The translations under genes and the position numbers were made by a program. From Raillietiella orientalis (Eukaryota): a stretch of 64,000 bases of DNA. The notes beneath the pieces are model-generated. The model had not been told where the DNA came from. It made no database searches and was given only the letters and a program-made list of their open reading frames with translations. The DNA lies in assembly GCA_036172245.1 (NCBI GenBank), contig JAYWIR010000001.1, positions 1,674,001-1,738,000 of the forward strand, read 5' to 3'. This document shows positions 13,268 through 23,435 of this stretch, piece by piece; position 1 is the stretch's first letter, and the number at the start of each line of letters is the position of its first letter.

Positions 13268-14349
13268 AAAATTATTCTATTTTTATTTATTTTTCCTTCG
13301 AGGAGCACCTTCCACTCGCTGCCGCGTAGCCATCGGCTCAAGGAAAAGCAGTGGGACGCTCCCTCCTCTGTCCACGGAAGGAACTGCGCAGTGCGTTCGA
13401 AGAGGGACTTGTGGTAGCAGACCTTCCATCGGCGAAGAATCCAAAATCTCCGCCGAGCTCACTACGAAAGCATCCCTGCCGTTTCTCTCAGCCTCCCTCA
13501 CGGATCTATTGGTATTCCGAGCCATGCGTCTGTTCTCTCATCCTGATGATTTATCTCTAAAGACCTGCGCGCCTAGCTCCTTCCATTTTTTATGATCCAT
13601 GGAGGCTCCTTCTACTTCCCTTGCGCTCTTTTCGAATCGAGAGCCCCCTCTTTAATTCGGACTCGCACTATGATTTCCAGGATTAATTAATCCAGGCACT
13701 CGAAGCCACCAGTCAGGAAGGAGTCTGTCCCTTCTTCGGGTTCGATTTCCTCACGGGAGAGTGGCTTCATTTTTCTGGACATCGGGACCCAGGAGGGACA
13801 GCATGCAACCGCCGACAAACAGACTGAGGAAGAAACAAAGTGGCCGCCTCCGATTTCGGCGCTCCCCCAGCTCCTTGTTCGCCGCTAAGGCTTTCTTTTT
13901 TTTTTTTTTCCGGAGACGGGAGACGTCTGCTCCTTCTCTGCGATTTCCATTGCGGCTTCCGCTCATCGGCTGGTAACTCATGGTAACCGTCGGATCGCCG
14001 TAGAACGCTGATCACGACGAAATCGCGCCCGTGCTTTCGTTTTCGCGAACGGGATAAATCACGGGATTGGCGCAGTTGGGGGAGAGCCCTGCTGCAATCC
14101 CACTAGTGCGCTCGCGTCAGCGAGGAAGGAAAGAGCGCTGCCCGCGTTATGTCGGTCGTGTGGTCGCTGCTGCGAAGGAAGGAGGGAGGAGGGCCGTTCC
14201 CGGGAAATGCCTACATGAATATTTGGAATCGCTAATCGATTCATATTCTTCTGGGAGGGGATTTTCCTCTTTCGTTGGAACCGCGTCGGATTGGATGGAA
14301 AGTTCCTCTCCTACTAAGCGTCGGCACCGATTCCAGAGCATGAACTTCC

Positions 14350-14687
14350 AGCAGATGCCACTCTTACTATGATCCATCTTAATTATTGCAACTATTCTAT
14401 TGGTTCCAGCTATTGCGCCATGCGGGCTTTTCTTATGGATCGCGCACTCCATTTTCTGATTTACGTGGAGGCAGCGAATCCTTACACTGGAGCAAGCACC
14501 TTCTGGTGCCTCCAAGATGGGCATGCTGACCTTTTCTGCAGAGATGCTGCGAATGAGGGGTCCTTGAAGCAGAGCAACTCGGACTGAATCCAGGGTGAGA
14601 TTAACAGCTATGGAAAAGATCCCTGGGCGCTCCTCGAAAATCTGTTCCTCTCTGGCACTCTGTGCCAAGCTGTGGACTTGCCCGTTC
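14350..14687 (-). pseudogene. Likely continuation of the kinase remnant at 8393-8486, displaced by the inversion
   Basis: Minus strand reads NGQVHSLAQSAREEQIF (subdomain III-like), then LHVNQKMECAIH and IIKMDH. Lower GC, like 8040-8489. Confidence 0.3.
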
Positions 14688-15917
14688 TATGCGCCTGCAC
14701 GCCTCATCCTCCGGAGATGTGCCGGCAGCGAAGGATCCTTCCCGTTGCCGCCCAGCACTCCTTACAGGATGCCGGGATCTGGCTTTTTCCCGAGGCAAAG
14801 CGCCTCCCCAGTGGAAGCGCAGCCATGGATCTCCTGCCGCCCAAGGAACTCCGATTCCTGAAGGCAGGAGGCTGTTGAGTCCTGGACGGCTGCATTCCAG
14901 AAAATGCTCCCGGACGATCTTTGTCACCTGAACCACTTCCTACCACGACCTTTGGAAGTGGCGATGAAGGACACGGCACACTCTGGCCACCACACTGCTG
15001 TCTGCCCTAAGGGCAAGCGACGACGGCTGCCAGCCGGCCAGTTGGGAGCTTTCTCGCACGATCGCAGGAAATAAAAAAATCTCTTGGGGGTCGGAAGACG
15101 CGCAAGTCGGTTGGTGCATGCCGGCGCTCCGCGTACCCTGGCGACGGGACTCATTCGGTGGAGTGACGCTTTGGAGTGTCTTCCTCGAGGAACTTGTGGT
15201 CGCTCCCTCCCCAGTGCCTGGACACACTCTGTGTTCCCGCTTCCCTGGAAGCAGACTGTGCTGCTCCTTCTGCACTGGGGGTTCCAGTGCACTGAGCACC
15301 GGCAGCCTCGTTGCCTGGGATTGTGCCTGCGGGAACTGCTGTTGTTCCACCGCATGTTGTTCACCGGGGGGTCACCACCCCGCATCTGCTTTTGGACTGC
15401 GCTGTCCTCCAAGCAGTGTGGCAGGGGCTGGCGTCAGCGCTCCTGCGCCAAGAGGACACTACCCGTGTGACCTGCTTCCGCGGTTCTTCTTGCAAGACGG
15501 GACTTTCGATGGGCGCGGGGACCGCAACGATGGGTTGCGGCAGGGCCACCGTCTCGGCCTGATACCGCACAGCGGAGGTAGGTGACCACTGTGGCAGCTG
15601 CCTACATGAAGGAGGCCGCCAGGTGGCCTCGCCAGCTGGAGGAAGAAATGAAGACGGAGATCGCCGGCTCCGGTTTTGTAGTGAAGGAACGGCGGACACC
15701 GTCGACTTTGCCCTCCCCCTTATTTACTTATTTATTTTGTCACCCGCCACTTCCTTTCGGTCCGGACTTTTCCCGGCTTTTTCTCGGTACCTCCCGGTGT
15801 CCACCCCAAACACCTCTCCCCCTTCCTTCCTGTACTTCCTTATTTGTTTTTTCTGCTGTTTCCCTTCCTCTCCGTCCCGTTCCGGACTTTCGGACATCCC
15901 GACCTGCGTGTCGGTGG
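14688..15917 (-). repeat. Right arm of ~1.23 kb inverted duplication
   Basis: Reverse complement of 8490-9718. Confidence 0.97.
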
Positions 15918-18900
15918 ACCTGCATCTCCGCCGCAGCCAAAAGCGAAAATTTCGCTCACGAGAAGAAAATCCTCTGGCAGCTCTCTGCGAACTTCCGACG
16001 CAGCCCGGACGGTGCCAGGTGTGGGTGGTGCGAGCCACCTCGAAGCGAGGAGGACACCTCGCCTCACTCTTCGGCCGCACTGCGACCTTCCTAGACAGGA
16101 AGGAGCCCGAAGACTAGCCAGAAGAGGACCGCAGTCCGAAAGAAGCGCGCGTGCTGCTTTGATGGCGTTCCACTATTTTCTCAGAGCCGGCTAAGCAACC
16201 TGCGTGGCGCTTTCGCCCTCAGCACCCTTGAGGAACGCATCCCGCGTTCCGAAAGGTTGCTGGAAGCGTGACTCGGCCGCGCAGCTGGGGTCGGCCGAAC
16301 GGCTGCCGTCCGTTTCGCAGTGAACCCCCCACCCCCGCTGAGGTTTCCGAGGTGCCAAAGCTCCACAGACTTGAAAGGAGGCCCGTCCACCACTCCTGCG
16401 CAGGGCGTGTCCCCTCCACTCGCGACCGGGCTGGAAAGGGGATGCAAGGAGCCGGATGTCTTCGGAAGTTCCCGAGCTCTCCGTCTGATTTCTCATGGCC
16501 TCGTCTTCGCTCTTGGATTTCCCGCCGCGAGCGGTCCGCTGAGATCTGAAGCCTGGAAACGGACGCGAACGGCTGCGAAAGCCCTCACGATGGCCGGTTG
16601 CGTCACAGCTCCCAGTTGGGGGAGTTGCCCCCATCCTTTAACGGGACCGGGGAATTAGAAGAGGCAGGATAAAAACTACGACCGCTAATTAACACGCGAA
16701 GTTTCTACGCGAAGACCGACGAAAGAGCGATGGGAGATGCTGGACGATAATCGCCAAACTTTTTCGAGTGAGTCATCAGCAAGACAAAGCGCTGGGCTGC
16801 CTGGTTATCTTCGACCGGAGCGCACGAGCGCATAAAACGGAGATAAAAGCAGCACTTTGGCGTGTTGGTTAGTTGTTTTGTATGCACTCGGAAGAAGAGG
16901 GGAAGAGGAAGGAGATTAATAAGAGGGGATGCACTCCATTCCGTCCCAGCTCCGAAACCCAATAAAAAGTTTACAGTTTTCACGGGATCAGCAGTGTTTC
17001 TTTATTAGTGGATACCGGGAGGAGCGTCCGCTTCGTCCTTTCACCCGAGGAAGCCGGAGAGCTCCTCGACGGCGTCGGCTCCGAATGGAACCAGGACGAG
17101 CGTCGGTTCTTCGTCCCTGCCTAGCGGTCGAGGTCTATGAGACCTCGGAGAAATGTGGCGGATGGGGGAGGAAAATTTTTGCACGCTTCCCGTAGGATTG
17201 TGGCTTTGACAGTTCAGAGTTTCATCTTGATCTTGGCTAGGAGAAGGAGCTGGAACAGCGCCGTTGAAGGCTCCCCGGAGCTGGCGTTTTCGAAGCAGCA
17301 GCGGGAAAAATCGAAGCGCTGACGTCATCAGAAGATTTTCTGGGGACGGTGAGGTTTCCTCCCTGATCTGGGTGCTGGACTTTCGCTGAGTGGCTATCAC
17401 CTGGAATCCTCCGCAAGCAAATTGCTTATGCACGGACCTGCCTTCCCAGCAGGAAGAAGCAGTTCCCACGTCAACAAGGCTGGAAACAGGAATCCACAAT
17501 TTTGTCGGCTCTGTTCGACGACCGGTTCTTGGCTGCTTTTACGTTGAGGACGCAGGGAGAGGAGTGGTGCCATATCTTCCCCGGAACATCGGAGCTAAAG
17601 AGGATGCCGAGCATCGTTGAGAACTCTCGAAGAATGTTTTTTACCGAAGGCAGGCGACCTTCATTTTGGGATGCCCGAACCGTTTTTTTCGGAGAGGGTG
17701 CGAACCACGCGGCAGCACGCCACTCCTGAGACGGGTTCCCTTCTCGCGCTCGTCCCGGTTTCATCCCGGAAGTCCTCTCGACTCGAGCCGGCCATGAAAA
17801 TCTTCATGCATCCGTCAAGGGCTGGAGGCGCGAAATCCGCTCCGAAGTGTTTCCACTGGAGAGCCGCCAATACTCTTGACGCCAGCGAACCGGGGCGTTC
17901 GACTTCCGCCCGTCCCATGTCTCCCTTCCATTGCGCGTTTTGTTGTTCTTTTGCATTCAGGCATCGTCCTTGCTGCGCACGGATTCGCTCCATGAAGATG
18001 GGAGTCCTCCGCAACCAGGTGCTCTCGTCCTATCTGCGACAGCGGCCTTCTTCCTTCAAGCGGGACTTGCGGGACCGAAGGCCCCAATAGGAAGATTCGA
18101 TTTCTTTTGCTTTTCATCTTCCTTTCCTTTTTTGCTGCATCTTTTCTCCCTCCTCTGTCCTTCCTCCTCCTCCTCTCTCCCCCCCCCCCTTCTTCCCTTC
18201 TTTCTCCTCTTCGCCTGCCCTCTGTCTTCTTTTGATGCACACATAAAAAAAGAAAGAAAAAAAAGATTTCACTTTCCGCATTGAATTCGATGATACGGGA
18301 ACGAGGAAAACGATTGCTCCTCCTTGAGCTTCTTGTTTTTCCTCGTCATCGCCATCCGTTCCCATGGGAACCGCGCAACCGTCACGCGAAATCGAACGCA
18401 TTTTTCGAAGGCACCTGCATTTTTTATACGAGCGATCCGGAAATCTATTTTTGTTTGTTGCGCGCTGCCAGATTTCGGAAGGAAAAGGGAAGAAGGCGAA
18501 ACGCTCCCGCGCCCAACACTCCAGGTTTATCTCTCCGCAGTTCCCACCCAGCTCCGATAAACACACTCTCTCCAGATAGACAGATGGTTAAAACATCCTG
18601 ATGGAAATTTATTAATGGAAACAACTGGCGGGCGTACGCAGAAAGGCGGGGGAGGGGGGGGGGATGAGGGAAGAGGTTGGTGTCGTTCCTCCACCTCTGG
18701 ACCTCTTTGTTCGGAGCACCGGATTCCCGAACGGCGAACCTTCTTGCGATTCCCCGAAGGCGGTCAGTGGGCAGAGAGGACTCTGCGGGCCCGCCTCGAC
18801 AGTTCTCCCGGACCGCCATGGCCGAAGTGGCAAGGAGGGCCGTGGGAAGCTTAGGCCACGGGACCCGCTCGGTCCTGTGGCCTAAGCCGGGGAGAGCGGC

Positions 18901-20089
18901 GATCTCTCGATCCCCATCCGCTTCGCTCTTTGCTGCCTCCACCTTCTCTCCCCACGCTTTGTTTACGTTTCACCCCCTCTACTTGGCCAGGTCTTCCGTC
19001 CCCGGCAGCTCGGCTCCGCCCCTGGAGCTTGTGGAACTCTTTGCATGGGTTTCTGCCGGCGCCGTCTCCTCATCGCCGGAGGGCTGCGGTCGTACCGACC
19101 GCCGCTGCCGCTGAGGGAAACCTAAACTTCCGATAGGAAGAGGGGAAAGAGTCTCCTTCTGACACCTTGGTCGGAAAGAGTCGACCTCTCTCTGTGACAT
19201 GGCAACGGAGGACGCGCCGACCCATGGCCGGAGGGATCCACCGAACGGTGCCGGCTCGCTTCAGCTCCCCGGGGATGCAGAAGGAGGAGGAAGGAAAAAA
19301 AGGAGGAAGAAGAGGAGGAAGGGAGGAAAGGAGAAAGGGAGGAGGAGGAAGAGGATGAATGCAGGAAGAGGAAGATGATGGTGAGAAGGAGGAGGAAGAG
19401 CCATGGAAGGCGTCAGATGCCTGCATTCCTCTGATGCATTCCTGAGAGCTGCAGCTGCTCCAGAGAGCAGTTCCTCAGCGTCGAACCGCCGTGCGCGCGC
19501 TCCTCGTTCTTCGAGCGGGCCGCCGCGCAGCTGAGACGCCGCGCAGGAAGCAACTCCCTCGTCCCTCCCTTTCGATTGGAGGTTCCCTTTCTCCCGCCGG
19601 GAACATCGGGCGGGCAGGAGCCCTCGACAAAGTCGCCCGAGCGAACAGGGTCGGCTTCGGGGTGCAGCGCCGCACGCGCCCGTCCCCGAAGCGTCCTCTC
19701 CCGAGCGATCGTCGCGGGCCGCAGCTGCCCGGAATCGCCTCCGAACGTGCGGGGAAGGGATGTGACGGTGCGATGCCAGGAGGGCAGCCTCTGCGGTTGT
19801 GCTGCGCGCTCCTCTCGCCCGAGTCGACTCAGCCGGCGCGCGCGCATCTCCCCCTTTGGCAGCGCGTGGCGGTCCTCATCCTGCTGCTTAGCATCCCGTG
19901 AATCAAACGCTCTCCGGGAATCGTGAGCCTCACGTCACGGCCTAGAGCAGCAGCTCTCTTGTGAACCTACGGATCCATTCCATCGCTGACCTAGTTATCG
20001 AACCAATCAGCCATCTTTCTTTCATCCCGAGCTGTAAACCGATATTTCCTCACTCGCAGTCATCAAATCCGCTCTCTCGCGGACCCAAC

Positions 20090-20121
<32 letters not shown>

Positions 20122-20716
20122 CAGCAGAAGAAGAAGGAAAGAAAGAAAGAAAGAAAAAGAAAGGAGAACTTTCGCAGCTCCCTCAAGAAGGAGGTGTTAT
20201 AAAAACTCTGTTCACGTAACACGCGCATCTGCTTCCCGAGAGGGAGAGGACATCTTTGGACGCTTTCCCGGGATTCGCACACTCAACGAATCGCACGCTT
20301 TTCTTTCTTTCCTCCCTCCGCCCTCCCCCTCTCTCTCCCCCCGGAGATCAATAGCATCCAGCAGCTCTAGCGGAATGCGTGCTCTGCAGCCACCACTGAA
20401 AACGCGGGGTGGAGAGGGGGGGGGGAACCGACGCACGCGTGCCGCCGTCGCGGTCGCTTCCCCTCCAGGAAACGCGTGAGCGCGTTCCGCGCTACGCGTT
20501 GCGGCGTTCGCCGAACTTTCCAGCGAGTTCGCTGGCGATCCGCAGGCAAAGAACGCTGACAGACGAAGTCTGTAACGAAGCGCTTCCAGGCGTTTGCGAT
20601 CGAATGAGCGCAGATGGACTTCTGGGTTTCCTGAAGCAGGGGGGTGAGGAGGGGTGGGCAATCTTCTTCAGAGGATCCGCTTTCAGGCCGATGTCCCGCC
20701 GAAACCACCAGGATGC

Positions 20717-21420
20717 GCCCGCGCTGGCGACCCCGCTGTGGCTGCGGCCTCCACGCGTGGCACCAAAGCGTCGCGGGTTCGAATCCCGCCCGGGAAAGCA
20801 TCGACGCTGAGAACGGGGGAGTGCATCGTGAGTTTCGAGTCCCCGTCGCATGATGGCGCTGGGGTTGACCTCGGTTGGTTCCGGATGCGGCGGCATTGGC
20901 GCCCCCGTTGACTGGCCGGGATTGGAAGTTGACCCTCAGGGGACCTTCCAGGAATCAAGGAACCACTTGCTCTCGGGGTTCCCTTTCTGGTTGTGAGGAT
21001 GGAGCTGTACCATGGGGCTGGTTGATACCGTCCCTAGGGGGTTGCCTGCCCAGAGTGTAAGATGCGCGCTGCTCCCTTCGGTGTTCTCTTCAGAGGACGA
21101 AACCAAGGAGCGGTTCCCTTGCGGGTTCCCTCCGGAGACAACCAGGGCGAGGGTTCCCTCCCAAGCGTGAGAGGAACGAACCTCTTCCCTCCGGAGCCGT
21201 CCTGGATTCCATAGGGTGATCCCTACGGGGTTGCCTCCTAAATTAACGAGTCACACGCACCCTCCGATGGCGTGGACCGCGTCAAAAAGCTTCATGATCC
21301 CCTCCCCCTCTCCCGAGGAGGCGGACGATTCTTCAGCACTTGGCGAAACAGAAAGAAAAAGAAACCCAAATAAAAAAGAGCTGGAAGGAAAGTGGGGAGG
21401 ACAGTAGGGATTTCCATCAT
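20717..21420 (+). mobile_element. SINE-like family copy 2 (full length)
   Basis: T-arm/B-box GCGGG-TTCGAAT-CCCGC at 20773-20789, second GAGTTTCGAGTCCC near 20830, conserved body, A-rich tract near 21346-21380, end GGATTTCCATC. Confidence 0.9.
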
Positions 21421-22882
21421 GCTGATTCCGGGTACGAACTGATTTTCAAGCAACTTCACCGCTGGTGATGTTGGATCGGGTTCAACCAGGATCTTGTGCG
21501 ATGCCCACAGGAAGTAGGGACTGCAGGCACCGGTGGCCAAAACTTGATGCCGCGAAAAGACGCAGAGCTACTGATTTCTCTGGCAACTTCCTCCCCGACC
21601 AAAAAAAAGGGTGGAACTTCAATCCTCGAAAGGGACCACGCAGTCTGCATTCTGTAGCTGATCCCATCTCGAAAGCAGTCCATCAACGAGCTTACAGTTT
21701 GGCTGGAAGAACGTCCTGCCGTGGCGATGATGATGAGCCCGCAATGTCAGCCAATGAACTTCCAAAAACGTAGGGAGAGCATTCCTCTCCGATACTGAGT
21801 TTTTAGTAAAAAGCAAGGGACGTCTCACAGGAATCAGCACGGAGACGCCACCGTCGATCCGGTGCTCCTCTCTACGCCTCGCAGGGCGTGCTAACCAACC
21901 GGCACGGGGATCCTTTCTGCAGAGAGGACTCACGAAACATCAAGTTGAGCGCATTCGTTGGCTCAGAAGCTCGTACAGCGGATGGGCTACCTTTTTCACA
22001 ACGTGCGAAGGAGTTTCGAACCATTCCCGGACGGGTCTAGCTCTGCTTCGCTGCAGAAAGATGGGAACAAAGCCGTCACCTCGGGATCGGCATCATTCGA
22101 TCAAGTTCTCCTGGACCCAGCAGGAAGAAAAATATGCCCGTGTCGTTCGACGGCTCAGCGATCGCGTGACCACGGAATTTTTCAGCAGCTCATGCAACGT
22201 GCGCTGTCTGTTATTCTGGCATCGGTTGGCTCAGAGGAGGGACAGCTCTGGGAAGTTCCTCCTGCCTTGACTTCGAACGAAACTCGTGCCTAATGAACGT
22301 TAGAGCAAGTCGTCTTCAGCCGGATCGTTGCGACTGGTAATTGGGAACGTCCCTTTCCCCGATCTCGGCCAGATGTCGAACCGTATTCGGGGGGTGGTCC
22401 TTCACGAAGAGAGCAGATCAGCCACCAGGGCGGGGATCCCTGAGAAGAAAATTCCGTGAACTGAAGCCGTTTCCAAGCGTGTCGGAGCAAGGCTCTCCAT
22501 CCTGGCCAGCGCGACCCCCCAAAAGGAAGACACTTCGACTTGAGGTCTTCCTCCTCTGGCACCGGAAGGCTTAGTCACTTCCGGATCCTGCAACCTTTCA
22601 AGGACCTGCCGACATCTCTTTGCGATCCTCGGCCAATTGGGAGGGCAGGAGGGATGCTCCCTAGCTCGGGATTCCTGCTTGGAATCTGCCCCTGGAAAAC
22701 GCAGCGACTGGGTCGAAGGAAAAACGCTCTCTTCCAGGAGAAGCTGGAGCGGGGAACGCTTCCAAGTTCCGAGGGTCTCTTCCTGGATTCACTCGCCAGC
22801 GCGAGGCGAGGTGCCGCCGCCTTCCGATGTGCACGCGTCAAATTTCTCCAGGCTTCTTCTGGACCAGGAAACCGACCCGTTC

Positions 22883-22992
22883 TGCCCCCTGAATTAACGA
22901 GTCACACGCACCCTCCGATGGCGTGGACCGTGTCAAAAAGCCTCACGATCCCTCCTTCCCTCCCCGAGGAGGCGGACAGTTCTTCAGCACTT
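22883..22992 (+). repeat. ~110 bp copy of 21232-21341 flanked by a ~44 bp direct duplication (22843-22886 / 22991-23034)
   Basis: AATTAACGAGTCACACGCACCCTCCGATGGCGTGGACCG shared with copy 2; flanking TTTCTCCAG.CTTCTTCTGGACCAGGAAACC.ACCCGTTC.GCC occurs twice. Confidence 0.9.
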
Positions 22993-23089
22993 TCTCCAGC
23001 CTTCTTCTGGACCAGGAAACCAACCCGTTCCGCCGAGGAAATCACTCAAGTTGCCCCACGGAAGTGTTCCAAATTTCTCCGAAGGACGC

Positions 23090-23435
23090 TCCCCAAAGGG
23101 ATCAGCGCGCGCTTCTTACACTCTGGAGAGGCATCCTCGCGAGGGTGGTATCAGTCAGCCAGCCAGCTCCATGCTAACGGCTCCCTTTTCACAATCGGAG
23201 CGGAGTCTCGAAGCACTGTGATTCCCGGAAGGGTCAACTTCCAATCCTGGCCAGTCAACGGGGGGTATCTGGTTTCCACCAGTGCCGCATATGGAGCCAA
23301 CCAAGGTCAACCAGCGCCGTCGTGCGGGGAGGGCAGGGGGGAATCCAAATCCACGACTCCGGGCGGGGTTCGAACCCGCAACGTTCGGTATTACGCGCAA
23401 AGACCGCAGACACACGGCCGTTCCCGACGGAGCCC
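23090..23435 (-). mobile_element. SINE-like family copy 3 (5' half)
   Basis: Reverse complement has GCGGG-TTCGAAC-CCCGC and body blocks CCCCCGTTGACTGGCC, GGAGCTGG and AAGAAGCGCGCG. Confidence 0.85.

Noticed and set aside
8490-15917. Autonomous transposon with long terminal inverted repeats
   Set aside because: No transposase, tyrosine recombinase or RT recognised in the spacer, no TSD, and the junction pattern fits an inversion-duplication better.
20717-20800. Functional tRNA genes at the GGTTCGAATCCC motifs
   Set aside because: No proper D-arm, anticodon arm or acceptor stem; always embedded in the 750 bp repeat.
21080-21120. Hammerhead ribozyme (hairpin followed by GAAAC)
   Set aside because: The required CUGANGA core is absent in every copy.
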